Counted from the whole stretch's first letter, positions 12,682-26,190 are shown. The stretch is 63,474 nt of DNA, filler included, from Reticulomyxa filosa (GCA_000512085.1; 14 parts of 14 records of this genome joined end to end with filler, not necessarily neighbours in it), one strand, 5' to 3'. The notes: generated from the sequence alone by a model not told the origin. Numbers and translations: made by a program.

Positions 12682-13667
12682 CGGTATATTGCAAAAAAAA
12701 CTGATATAACTAAATGCACTATATGAAAGAATCGATTTTCTCCATGAAAAATAAAGATTTAAAACTAATTTTTAAAAAAATATCTAGTTTTTAAATATTA
12801 ATTTTTTTTTTTACTAATTTTCTTTATTGCTGATATTTTGAATTGACATTTCAAAATTTTGATATTTAAAATGGTGAAACATCTGAGTGCTTTTAATAAA
12901 GGAATTGCCGTTGTATGTTGGTCGGTGGAGCTAGCATTCGATCTGTAGCAAAGAAGTTTAATGTAAGTATAGCTTCACTTCGATTTTGGCTGGAGTCATA
13001 TAAGTGTAATGTAATCGTAAAAAGAAAATCTGGATCTGTCATGTCAGAGAAGATTCCTTTGCGAGTTCAGCGTAAAGTTGTGAGATAGCTTGTTCTGGAA
13101 AGTGCGAAACTGCAAAAGACATCAAGAAAGAGTTATATGATGATTGTGAAATCAAAGTTTCTTATGAAACTGTAACAAGAACTCTAAAGAGAAATGGTTT
13201 TATAGCAGTAACTAAGAAAAAGCCAGATTTAGACGATAGTCATATCAAAGCAAGGTTAGATTTTGCAAATTTATATAAACACTGGACTGTAGATGATTGG
13301 AAAAAGTCATTTTTTCAGATGAAACAAAAATTAATTTGCGTGGAAGTAATGGAAAAAACTAAACCAAGATTTAGGAGACATGTCAATAATTAAAAGATCT
13401 ATGTTTGGTGGAGGAAGCGTCATGATTTGGACTTGCTTTGGTGCAAAAGGTGTTGGTAATGACTGTAAGATAGAAGGTGGCATGAACTCTGAAATTTATA
13501 AAGATATATTAGAAGACGACATGTTAGAAATTGTAAATTACTGTGTAAATGATGAAAATGACTGGCTGTTCCAACAAGACAATGCATCATGTCACTAAAC
13601 TAATCCATTATTTCTTTAGCTTTAAGAAATAATATAGAACTGATAGATTTTCCTCCTAATTCACCAG
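12682..13667 (+). mobile_element. Tc1/mariner (IS630-Tc1) DNA transposon with pseudogenised DDE transposase
   Basis: From ATG 12871: HTH region VSYETVTRTLKRNGF, KKKP, RLDFA..YKHWTVDDWKK, FSDETKINL, GGGSVMIWTCF, FQQDNASCH, DFPPNSP (cut by contig end). Contains stops and frameshifts. TA plus TIR-like sequence begins at 12682. Confidence 0.92.
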
Positions 13668-13767
13668 NNNNNNNNNNNNNNNNNNNNNNNNNNNNNNNNN
13701 NNNNNNNNNNNTTAATTAATTAANNNNNNNNNNNNNNNNNNNNNNNNNNNNNNNNNNNNNNNNNNNN

Positions 13768-15431
13768 AGAAAATCTGGCCAACAAGAAATTGTAACAAGG
13801 ATATGTCGACATGGAGGATCCAGAATAAAATTAGTGGTGCAATGTTTCCAAAAAAATATTCAAATAAAAAAAATGGAAAATCCTAAAGAGATTGCCAAAT
13901 TTGTAACAATGTTTATGGAAAATATTGTAACAGCAGCTGATTTGTTCTGCAAAAACTATGCTGCAATGCAAACAAATTTTGAGTTAGCGCAAGCTGTAAT
14001 TAAATGGTAATTCATTAGAAAATATATAACAAATTAAAAATAAATGAAAACAAGATTTAATTTTTGTTTGAATAGGAAACCATATTCATCAGGAACAAAC
14101 CCATTCTGGGAGGCCATCACATTTGGCTGTCAAACAATCGTTTCACAATTAATAGATGCAATTAAAGTTCTTGGAAAATTTGAAGAAATGTTAGGCATTA
14201 TACGTTCGGGTTTATTAGATTTCAGAAATCGTGTTCAACTCAAAGAAACAATGTCACTGGCAATGCAAAGTATTAAAGATACACATTCAATAAATCTAAT
14301 GAATTATTAAAAATTTGTCAACAATATGCTATCGATGCTCAAAAAACTGAATTATTTATAGCGGTTGCATTTCAAAAAGTTTCCAAATCGAAAGAAGTCG
14401 AAAATGCATTTAAAAATATAAAAAAGATTATGCAAGATATGAAAGAAACGAAAAAAGAAAAAATGAAATTACAACTCGAAAAGAATAAAATTGATGAAAA
14501 GATGGGAGGATTGGCTAAAAATTTTGGTGATGTTCAAGAAAAATTAATTGCTTGTGAATTTGAAATTTTTATTGCTCAACGGATTGAAGATATAAGTAAA
14601 GAATGGTCAGAACAGAAAAACAATGAGTACCAACAACAAATGCAAAATTTCGTTTCTTGGTGCAATAGTGATAAACTTGATACAGTGCAGGACATATCCA
14701 TTCAATTTATGGAAGATTGCAAAAATATTGTCTCTGAAAGAATTAAAAAAGAAAAGGAAAATGCAGAAAAAAATAAAAGAGAAATTAATCATTTCAATCT
14801 TAAATTAGAAGAAGAAAAAGCTAAAAAAAATAATTTAATTGGTAGTGCTAGTCAACGAATTCAAGAGTTAGAGCAAAAAATCGACAAACTTGAAAATAAA
14901 TTGAAAGATATTTTCAAAAGTATCGATATTACTGAAAATATTGATCCTAGTATTTTTGAACAATTTTTCAAATGTTGTGAAAAACTTGAAGATGGATTGA
15001 ATCTCAACAAAAAATGTTTACAAAACGTTGAATCAAGCACCAGGGCCATTTCACAATGGTTTGAAAAGAACAACAGTCGTAGTGGTAGTATAGAAGTGTT
15101 ATTAGAAAAAAATGGATTGCAAATACTAACTCCTTTCCTGTCCAAACTTGGTGTCAGTAGCATTGCACACTTAAAATTTAGAGATAAGAAGGCATTTGAA
15201 GATAAATTTTCCAAACCCTTAATTCAAAACGGCGCAGACAAAAAAGATATCAAAAAATTGGAAGATTTTTGTCAAAAGTTAACACCATGCTTACCCAACT
15301 TAAACAAATCAATTGAATCGGGCTCAAAAGAAGAAGGATTAGTTATTGACGTTGCAAATCACTTGGAGAAGTTCTTAGAAACTGTTGTAGCATTTGTCCG
15401 TAGCTCAAAAGAAGCTCTTAGTAACGTGTAA
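13768..15431 (+). CDS. Helical/coiled-coil protein with C-terminal SAM-like domain (paralogue A); 5'-truncated, with one frameshift
   Basis: Open from the contig edge, intron ~14008-14075 (IKW|KP), extra CA at ~14281 (GATACACATTC) shifts the frame into ORF 14430-15431. Aligns by eye with the 16607-20069 gene. Confidence 0.7.
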
Positions 15432-16606
15432 ACCAAAAAATATAACAAAATTTTTTGTTGTTTTTAAATAACCAATTTTATTGACAAATAAGTTTCTTAA
15501 AAAAAACTTCAACAAATACAAAATCAAAGAAATGTGCAGTTGCTTATATCGCAAATATCGACAAAAATACTTCTGATTGGTATTGTCCAAGAAATAATAT
15601 TCATTGCATTAATGTGAGAAAGAACTTAAAATCACTTAAAAAAAAAATTTATAATTCTCGAAAAGAATTAATCAATACATCTCTTATAGTGAGATCAGCT
15701 GTTTGCACCAGGAACTGTAATACAAAAAGAAATAGTTCTTTTTAGCCGATTTTAAAGCAAGATAAAAGTTAAATTAAAGAAGAAATGAATGAAAAACAAA
15801 AACAGAAAACAAGTGATTTTGTTGTAAAAGAATTCAGTACACTGGTGGTTCCACAGTTCACTTGGAACTTCACTTAGCCTCATCCTACATCTTTAAAATA
15901 GAAAATAAAAATGGATACCATTAGCTAGAACCAGATGGCTAATTGCGAAATACTAAATCAACATTTCACATAGTCGTCTGTCTGTTTGCACAGAAGGTCA
16001 AAAAAGGAATATTAGCTATCAATTCCAGTTCTTTTTGCTCAAAGAAGCAACATTTCTGTAAATGCTTTAAATGGCCAATCTTGAATGAAGATTCAAGTTC
16101 CGAATTCAGTGTTAAGGTCTTTTACTACTTAGTGAAATTTAACAGTAAAGAAACGCAATTATCTCAAATTATAGAAGAGATAAGATGATATTTTTAAAAA
16201 AAATATCTACAAAACAAGGGGAGCGCGAATATACCAACAAAGTGTTTAAAGGTTCCATGTGGCCATTGTAAGTGAAAAATAAACATTATTTTAAAAAATT
16301 CACAGAAACCATACAACCTATTGACTTCCTTGTGACCATTTTGAAAAAATATTGTTGTTTTGAATAAAAGGAGATAATGATGACATAGTTTGTGTATTGA
16401 AATATTACGATATTACGATATTACAATAATATAATAATAAAATAATGTATCGTTTTATTGTGTTGTTTTTTTTGTAATAGTTTTGTGAATTAAAAAAAAA
16501 TATGGAATGGAAATTGTTATTTGGAGAAAAGTAAAAATGAATGATGAATTGTATTTGATATGGAAAAAGCAAGTATAAAACAGCAAAGTATAATATGTAT
16601 TATTTT

Positions 16607-19600
16607 TCAATTGTGATTTGCTTTTGAGCTTTTTTGCATACCATCACCTAATTGATGTAAAAACACACACATTGGACGAGACATTACAGCAACCATCATT
16701 TTTGTAGATTGTTCTTTGTTTTTTTGTTTTTCTTTAATGTAATCAATAGTAAGAGTTTCACAAAAATCTTCCAATGCATCAATATCAAATGAGTTAATAC
16801 CATCAATGGCTTGCAAACGACTACGAATATCTTTATTAAAATTGCCACCTCTTCTTCTGCATAAATGAATAGCTTTGTTAACTCCAATAGTTTGCAAAGG
16901 TTGGATTAATGCTCCCAAATTGGAAGAGCGCAAAAGAGTTTCTAATTTAATTTCAGTGTTAAATTTAAGAGAAAACCAGTTTCCTAAAATCTTGATATCT
17001 CTTGAAATATTGACGAGACCAGCATAACTAAGAACTAATCCTTGTTGGAATTTATCGTAAACTTGGAAAAATTCTTTGACAGCATCAGCACTTCGCAGAC
17101 CTGTTTCTTTTAAAATTTTAGACAAATTATCTTGCAGTTTATCTTTCTCTATGATAATATCATCAATTTCTTTTTCGATTTTTTTCATTTCTTCATTAGT
17201 TTCTTTGATAAGATCATTTTTTTGTTTTTCCAAAGTATCGATTTCATTATTTAATTTAATAATTTTTGTATTATTTTCCTGTTGTTTTTTTACAGCTTTC
17301 TCTCTTTTGGCTTCAAATTCTTCTGTTTCTTTTTTCATTTTGTCTTCCATTTCTAGCAATTTTGTTTGTTCTCCAGTTTTAGTGGGTTCTTGATAAGACT
17401 CTTGATATGGCCACGAATAAGACCACCAATACCAACGATATGTGTAACAGGTACGATATTTAGTCACAGTGCACCAATCCGTTGCTTTGCTGGCCTCTTG
17501 ATTTAGCTCTTGTTTCCGTTTTTGTGACCAATCCTTTGCTGCTTGACTACTAGCAACATCATTTTTTGCAATGGAAAGTTCGATTTCACATGAACATTTA
17601 TCAGCTTGTTTTTCGCCAACTGATTTCATTATTTCTTCAATTTTTTTAGATGTTTCTTCTTCTTTTTTTCGAAACTCTTTTTTTTTTTCTTCTGCATTTT
17701 TCAGTTTTTCTAATATGCTAAGCAATTGTTTAGAGATTTCTTCCGCTTCTTTTGACCCTCCTCCATTGGTAAAAGCTTGCCTTATTGAATTTTCAACTTC
17801 TTTTCCCGTCTTATCAGCGAATAGACCAACTTTATCTTGATACTCTTTAAATTTGTCGAGTTGGGTATCTAATCCTTGGATTGCAAATGGAACATCTTCA
17901 CCATACAAACAGCGATCTACAAAATCAACTATGCCAGCTCGCACTCCGGCCAATGCCTGTTGAAATTCTGCTCCCAATCGAATTGTGTTCATCAATTGAG
18001 TGACCACTTCGTTGCAAGCGCATACAACACCTTCCCAAAACACTTTTGCTTCGACTGACTCTACTTTCTGTGGTTTCCATTGGACAATCGTCTGTGCTAT
18101 TAAGAAATTAGTTCCCATTGTGCCATACGTCTTAAATATTTCAACTGCTGCTTGTTGAATATTTAGACAATATGTCTTGGCGTCAGAATCCACTTGATCT
18201 TTATATCTAAAATCATCCTTAAACACAGCCAATCGACTATGGACTTGAATGCATTCAATAGCTTTTTTTACTTTCAGGTTACCTTTCATGGCGATTTGTT
18301 CAACTTCATTGCTATTGGTTAATGCAAGTGGCTCTGAATCTTTGGTTTCGTCCATTGGGAATACTTTATCCCACTCGGGATCGGCTGACTCTTTTTTTTT
18401 TGGACGTATCAATATTATTATTAATGTTACTGTTACTGTTATCTTTACTTTCATTTTCATTTTTTCTTTTGCTTTTTTTTTTATTTGGATTTTTCGTCAG
18501 TGGAGCTGTCCTTGTCACTTTCACTTTCATTTTTTCTTTTTTTTTTATTTTTTATTTTTACTTTTGTCATCATCATCATCATCATCGTCGTCGTCGGAGT
18601 TATTATTTTTATTTTTTGTTTGTTTTTTTTTTTTTTGTTTTGTTGGTTTTGCGTTTGTCATCGTCATCGTTGTCGGTGGAGTTATTATCTTTATCTTTTT
18701 TTGGTTTTTTTTTTGTTGTTTTGTTGGTTTTGCGTTTGTCGTCATCATCGTTATCGGTAGAGTTATTATCTTTATCTTTCTTTTTTTTTACTTTTTTTTG
18801 CTTTTGTTATCGTTGTCATCGTTGTCATCGTTGTCATCGTTGTTGGAATTATTATCTTTATCTTTATATCTGTTTCTAGTTGGCTTGTCACTATCGTCTG
18901 AGTCTTTCCTTTTCTTTCCAATCTTGGATTTCTTCTTATTTCCACTTTCATTTTCACTTTCACTTTCACTTCCACTTTCAGATACTTTTCTACCTTTGCC
19001 TTTGCCTTTGCCTTTGCCTTTGCCTTTGTCGTCAGAGTCTTTCCTTTTCTTAAGTTTTTTTCCCCTTTCACTTTCACTTTCACTTTCACTTTCATTTTCA
19101 TACACTTTTTTGCTTTTGCTTTCGTTCTTTTTGTCATCATCGTCGTCCGTCACTCTGTTTTCACTTTCAGGTTTTTTGCTTTTGCTTTTGTTGTCTTTGC
19201 GTTTACTTTTGTTGTCTTTGTCTTTGCGTTTACTATCTTCTTCTTCTTCTTCTTCTTCTTCTTCTTCTTCTTCAGTGCTTCCTCTGGTTTTCTTCTTTTT
19301 GATTTCGTTATCGCTTTCCTCTTCTTTTTCAACGATATTCAACACAAAAGAGCATGATTGCTCATCACCATATCGGTCACTCCATATTTTTTTCAAATCA
19401 TTGCCACTTTTCAACACTTTCTCTTTTTTGTCTTTTAAACATTCTTCATCCAATATTTTTATTATTTTCGTTAAATCTTCCAAGTGTTCATCCCAATCTT
19501 CTTTATTTAGATTGTTTTGAAAGGTAGGATTATTTGCTCCTTTTGGATACCATGTCCATACTCTTTTTTTTCTTTTAATTACCAAACATCTCTATTTTTC

Positions 19601-20069
19601 ATTTTTTTTTTAAAAATCAAAGTTTTACATAAATTCAAATATATAAATGTGCAAATACATAAAAACACAGAACTATGTTAAAAATGCAATTTTTCATTTT
19701 TCCATTCACAAAATCATTCCAATGTTCACATAATTCATCTGAGTCTTCAATTTGATCATTTTCATTGTTTGCATTTACTAATATAAAACGAGATTTTTCA
19801 GCCAAATTTAATTCTTCTTTGATAAACTCTAACAAATCATCCCATATTGTATCTTTATCCTTGCTTGAAATAGTTTTGTCATCTTTTAATTTCTTTATTT
19901 TAAACTCTAATTCTTCTTTTTTTTCATATGTCTTAATTTTTATCTATTTTTTTTTAGAGAAACTCCAATTTGCATTTTTTAAAATTAAAATCAACTCTAA
20001 TTTGTGTTTTTCCTAAGTAAAAAACTAACTCTGTTTTTTTAAAAAAGTTTATAACAAAACCTTTGACAT
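16607..20069 (-). CDS. Large helical/coiled-coil protein with N-terminal repeated domain, K/D/E/S-rich linker, aromatic loop and SAM-like domain (paralogue B)
   Basis: Putative ATG at 20069 (MSK, intron 20060-19944, IKIKTYEKKELEF...), exons in ORFs 19635-19835 and 18788-19585, and a long last exon in ORF 16607-18460. Confidence 0.75.
18560..19300 (-). repeat. Coding low-complexity tandem repeats (GK, ES, poly-E, DDN)
   Basis: (CCTTTG)n, (CACTTT)n, (TTC)n and (TCGTTGTCA)n arrays, with internally duplicated blocks. Confidence 0.85.
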
Positions 20070-22962
20070 TTCTTATTCAGCTATTTTTCTTTATTCAATT
20101 CAAAGTAAGAAAAAGATAACTTTACAAATTTTTTTTTTTGTTTTGTTTTAAGTTACTAAAAGAAAAGGGAAAGAAAAACACACGTTCAAAATATCTTACA
20201 TGTAAATATATTTTAATCAATCATAATTTTTATTGAAAATAAATAAATATAATTGGAAATATTTCTTTTATTATTCCTTTTTATTAACCAATAATCCAAA
20301 AAGGAGTGATATTGAATAATAATAATATTTTCACTTATATAAATGTCTCATTCTCAATCAATCTTCATTTTCTTTCTTCAAAATGAAAAACATGAGTATG
20401 CATTTTGTAACATTCATATATTTTCTTACAGAAAAAAAAAAGAGAGAGATAGATTAGAATAATCACACTAATAAATAATTACTATTATTACGTTAATAAG
20501 TTCTTTTTTGTCTTCAAAGGATTGTCTACGCTCCAATCTTTTATGTATTTGTACTGAGATATGGAGCAGGAAATAAAATTATGTATTAAAACATTCGCAT
20601 GAATTTTTGAGTACTTTCAAAAAGATTTGGAAGAAAGAAATACGCTTTTGTAATTTCATTTTGATAATCTTTTTGAACACATCCCTTATATCCATTACTC
20701 AACACTTGATTGGTATGACTATCTTTGTGATATTTTGCAAATATTTTGACGAATAACGCATTGATAAAGATATTATATACTTTATATCATTCTTTTGAAA
20801 ATTTGTAATGCAAAAATAGTCTATCTTTTTAAGTGTTGTGATATGTAGAGCAAATAAATAAAATCATAAATTAGTAAAACATTTATTCTCTTATAGTTGA
20901 TGATATTTTTTTTTTCATTCATTCAAGACTTTTCTCATTTTATAAAAATTTTTATTTATCTATAAAGGACTTTCTACTACTTCAGAAGAGATAAAAACGT
21001 TGGAAATTACAACATCACTTCAAATTATTTTTTTCAGAGTCAGACAATCAAATCTCACTGTGTAAATATTTGCTGGCAACATTTTTTTTTTAAGCTCAGT
21101 AACAAAAATGCAAGAAACATCTTAGACATTTCCTGGCTTACTATTTCTGTGGCGATATAGCAAAATAAAAATTCTTGATTTTTTTTTTACGTCGACACAA
21201 CATTTTTATGTGATATCCTCCTTTTCTATGGATGTTATTAAAATGCATCTTCAGGAACATTCTTCTTCTCATTTTTATTTTCACTTGGTGTCCTTCCTAC
21301 TTTCTACGCTAGAGGGTTTTTTTTTTCATTGATAAATCAACATTAAATGCAAAGCAACAAAAAGTTAAATTAAAAACGTGCAAATCTTCTACTTTCGTTT
21401 TTTATTCTCGTTAATTTCAAATCATACAAGTCAAGAAGGAGAATTCACTTTGTTAATGATATTTTTTTAAGTGTTGTTTTCTCATGGAAAAAAAATAATT
21501 GCCTTAGATTGTATTTACAGTATATCAGGTGTTCTTTTTTGTTTATACTACAAATGCAAATAAAATAATGAACATCAATATTTTGCAAATACGCATTTTG
21601 TAACTTGATGCTCAGCGCATTATATTTACGCGACATTCCCTAGGTTAAATTTGATTTGGCAATATTTTATCAATATTTGTACAAAATTATTATGTAATCC
21701 TTTTTGGAGAAACGTGTGGTTTAACTCTTCTTGATGTTAACCTCCTTTTTTTCAGCAATAAACAATTTGGCATAATTTCGGCGTCATTCCGAATATTTCT
21801 GCCAAGTGAATGGTTACTATAATATTATAAAACTTCTTTTTAAACATCTTTAAAAAATATCACATAATAAATTGTTTTACATAAAAATAAATATCAATTT
21901 GTGAAAATCCAGTTATTTTATTGAAACAGGGAAACACATGATTAGAACAAACTGAATTTTTTAATTATCATTATAAAACAAGTAATGCAACAACATTTAG
22001 AAGATTTTAGCAAGTTGGTAAGTCATCAAAATTTCAACAATGACAGATCACTGTTTTATCGTAGTGAAGACGTTATGTGTTATTCCAGTGTTGTCAAGGA
22101 AGATTATTCAATTTAAAATAGAATTAAATGGTCAAGAACTTTATGATATAAAAAAAGGTATGAAATATTGTGAATGTTAAAAAAATACAATAATAATAAC
22201 AAACAGAAAAATGCAAGAAACTTCATATTCGTTTATTCAGTAAGTAAAAGGATATGCACCAAGATTGAGACACAATCCACACAATCCAATGCAATGTAAA
22301 AATAAATAACAAACAACTGGAAACTAGCAAAAAAAACAGAAAGAATTTATCGGCGAAGCAGAATTGATACAAAGTAGTGAAACCTTTGGACATAAATGAA
22401 CACGAGGTAAATCTATTGAAATTACATCGCATACTAATTCGACATTCCAAGGAGCAATGACCGTTGAGATAGTGAATGTAGAGTCATTGCAAGATTTGTG
22501 AAATTCAAAATAAAAGTAATTTTTTAGTGAATAAATGTATAATTTGCGGTCGTATTGATAGCACATTACAATATTCGCAATGCAAATGCGTTTGAACTGT
22601 GACCAAGCGCACCAAAAGCAAGATTAGTTGTTCAATCGGACAATCTGTCAGACTGCCGAATGCATTCCAAAAGTACCAGAAATTAAGAATAATGAAAAGG
22701 CAATTATGATTGACTAAGAAGGAAAAGGAGATTATATTGATGAAAAAGATTATGTATGTAATGGTTATATCAAAGTTTCTCTTAGATGTTCATTAGCTAT
22801 TGTTAGAATAAAAATATATTTCGATGTTATAATTGTATCAATCAACAATGCTTTGATTTATAATATTATCTTATATTCAGTCAAATGGCAGGAAACTGAC
22901 AGTGTACAATATGTGAACAACCGCCAAAATATGAAGATATGTGTTGATTATAAAATGATATA

Positions 22963-23088
22963 CAGTATGTTGCAAAGAAAACTGAACGCCTAAAACATAT
23001 CTTATGATGATAATTGATTTTTTCAATGAAAAATCAACTATCATCATAAGATATGTTTTAGGCATTCAGTTTTCTTTGCAACATACTG
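22963..23088. mobile_element. 126-bp hairpin MITE of Tc1 type
   Basis: 60-bp inverted arms (CAGTATGTTGCAAAGAAAACTGAA...; 2 mismatches) around a 6-nt loop, flanked by TA on both sides (22961-62 and 23089-90). Confidence 0.9.
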
Positions 23089-23149
23089 TATTATCAAAAG
23101 CACAGCAGATGATATTGACTTCATTTTATTATATACTAATAATATATAT

Positions 23150-23515
23150 CAGGTAGTCACGATCCAAGAGCAATTCGACAAAGACAAATGGTTATCAAAA
23201 AAACAAGTGTATTTTTCCAAATTAATAAATCAGGCTATTGTTATACTAACACTATTTTTTCTCTTTTTCGTCAGCAGAACAATCAAGACAATTCACAAAT
23301 TGCCACATTATATCGTGAGGTGAATATTGCATGAATTAGGACTGGTATTCAAAAACTGCTTCAAGCAATTATCATTGACAATAGGTGATACATCCATGTC
23401 TTTATGTTGTAGACAATCTATTTCAATAAGATTGTTGGCAACTCGCTTGCAAATTAAATAAATAAAGTGTTTAATTTGCTCAATTGTAATATCCAATCTT
23501 TATCGAAGCAAGGAC
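23150..23515 (-). pseudogene. Degenerate RING/TRAF-like zinc-finger fragment
   Basis: CFDKDW then, after a frameshift, EQIKHFIYLICKRVANNLIEIDCLQHKDMDVSPIVNDNCLKQFLNTSPNSC; Cys pattern partly lost. Confidence 0.55.
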
Positions 23516-24649
23516 ACTATAGTCATGCTAGTTTGTGTTTCTTTTGGAATTTTCTCGTTATGCTTTTTTCATCTTTTCCCTAAGATTTTTCTTGTTTTTT
23601 AAAAATTTATTGCTTTTCAACGATATTCATTTCACAAAATTTTCTTTAAAAAGGGGCCGACAAAACTCCTGCTTTTGCATTGACCTTTTAGTCAAAACAG
23701 GTTCAAAACTAAAATTAAAATCAAAATTCTTTAATCATAGTTTCAGCATTATTTTATTCTGTGTTTTAAACCAATATTTACACATAAATAGAATTTTTAT
23801 ATACATCATTTGTAGTTAAATCACTCCAAATGTATCATTATTCCGCTTTATTTGCAATATCATATGTAGCAAGTACACAATTTTGATATGTATCGAAAAA
23901 TAGTTTAAAAAAAGACAATACTTTCTGTTTTTTAAACAAATACTTCAATTCTTGGGTTAAAACAAGTTCTGACAAAACTCAATACAAATAATTTTGTTTA
24001 TCTCGAGTTTTTTTTGCTTCTGTCATTTCAAGTACAACAATACTTTTGTTTTTTCACAAAGAGATTCTTTCTACGTAGAAATGGCACGTCAGACTACGAA
24101 TACGTTTTCGTACAAGTCGAAAATTGGAATACTTTGTTTGGACGGGGATAATAAAGATAAAATAGTACTTATTACAATGATGAAACAGCTCAGGATTATA
24201 TTATTGTTAACAATGATTATCTTAAAAAGTTGTTCTGTGAAAGGGCAATTTATATGCATCAGTAATATTTATTCATGTGCTCCGATATATCCAACAAACA
24301 AAAGAATTTTTTTTTTCAATCAACGAAAAAGTTTTTTTGTTGAAATGTTTTGAGAAAAGTTTCGTTTCAATTTTTCAAAATTAGTTGAATAAGAAAGTTC
24401 AAAAATTTTGAAACACAAAAACATTGCATGAACAGCAAAGATAAGAGAGTTAAAGATCGAATTATATTCAACCATTTTTTGGAAGAATAGAAATGTAGCT
24501 CAGCAAAAACAAACATCTCCAATAAAAATGAATTTTTGTCATTACTGTTGAGGATATGCATTCCTGGTTAAGCTCTTTTCATCCATGCAAATTGTGTTAT
24601 CTCTTCTTGTAACAATTTGCTCAGTCATTACTTTTAGTCCAATTTTTGT

Positions 24650-26190
24650 CATGCGGTCATAATGAAAAGGAAAATGTGTGATGTACTAAGGCAGTTACTC
24701 GGTCCCACTGAATTGCAAATAGAAAAGAACAGTATTTTATTGTTGTTATTGTTTTTATTTTTAAGTTTTGGAATCTAAAAGCTGTGCAAACATGAGACCT
24801 AATTCGTGGTCATGTTCGAGGTCACCTTGAACCACTTGATCTGATTAAGTTGTTTGTGCAGTTTGTATTGAAACGGAAGATGGTTTGGTCATTCGCAGTA
24901 GTAGTAGAATGAGGAAATATAGGATTGGTAACAACAACTTGGGAAATGCAAAGGTTGAACATCGACAATTGGAATGCAACGTTCACCCACAATGAGCAAA
25001 AGAGAAAAGGTGCAAGTTTTGCTATGATTGTTGTGATGACGATAATGAGAAAGACTTAAAACAAAACACAAAAATGAGTACTGGCAACTTAGATAATTAA
25101 ATTTCCCAATTTTAAATTAATAAAATGGACAAGACAAGAGCCGTTCATGTGGGACAATAATTTGTAAGCAACAGTATTGTTACTATCCAAAAAAAAGGAC
25201 GAGCAATTGGTTGTGTTAAGAGAAGATTGAGCAGTTGACAAGGGTAAAAATCGACTTTGGAATGTACGATTAAGTCTTGTTCCGTTGCGACTTGCTTGGG
25301 ACATTTCTTGCAATCACACTCATAACTCGTGGTGTCCTGCACTGCTGTTGCTAATGATTGTCGTGAAGTGGATTTGGTTGAAATGATTTGTTTAAGTTTC
25401 AAAGCTTTTTGTACAATGGCCAATTCTTTCGACATAAAGATATAGTTGTTATCACTTGAATAATCATTATCATCATTGTTATTATCTATTTTAGTATCTG
25501 TTTCAAACAATGTTGTTGAATCAATCAATTTCAATTCCTTCAATAATGGACATATGATTGTGTCACAACTTGCATTCAACATTGCCAAAAAAGCCATGCA
25601 CAAAGGTATAACGGATTCGTGTTTCTACATATCATTGTTCTTTTCTAGTGTGCAATATGCCTTCCTTGTCCATATTTTGGATCAGATGCTGTGTCATGTC
25701 AATGCTAAGCAACTTGCACTGTCCAATTTTCGGCAGTCGCGAGGTCTCCAATAATGACTTGCACGACACACATTGGCTATCTCTCATATGCAGTCGACTG
25801 CTCATTTGCGCTTGCAATTTCTCATGCAACACGTACTTCATTTGCACCATATACAGTCTTTCAAATCTAATTACACATTTTCATACCAAATTCATTAAAA
25901 AACCTCAACAATGGGATTTTTACCGTCTCCCCTTTTTTTATTATCAAATTTTTGTTTTATTTGAATCCTTCGCTGTTTTCAATGATGTCCACACCGGTAA
26001 CAAATTTTTGCAAAGTTGATCGCAGTTGCGAAAAACGCAACTCGATTTTTTTTTCACTTGTTATCATCTGCGACTTTGCTGGGTCTTTTGATGTTTTTTT
26101 TGTTGGTAAAACCTCCTTTGAATGTCTTGGATAGCTTTCGCGCTGCTCATTCTGTTGCCGTCTCTTCTTTGTGCTGCTTTTTTCCAATTA
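24650..26190 (-). pseudogene. Fragmented Cys/His-rich gene remnants (zinc-finger-like)
   Basis: Short broken ORFs; LLIVGERC resembles the IVNDNC motif at ~23370; ECDCKKC; many stops. Confidence 0.3.

Noticed and set aside
18249-19520. 423-aa hydrophobic plus-strand ORF as a membrane protein
   Set aside because: It is the antisense shadow of K/E/D/S-rich repeats in the minus-strand gene; the same applies to ORFs such as 483-824, 7283-7576 and 37181-37645.
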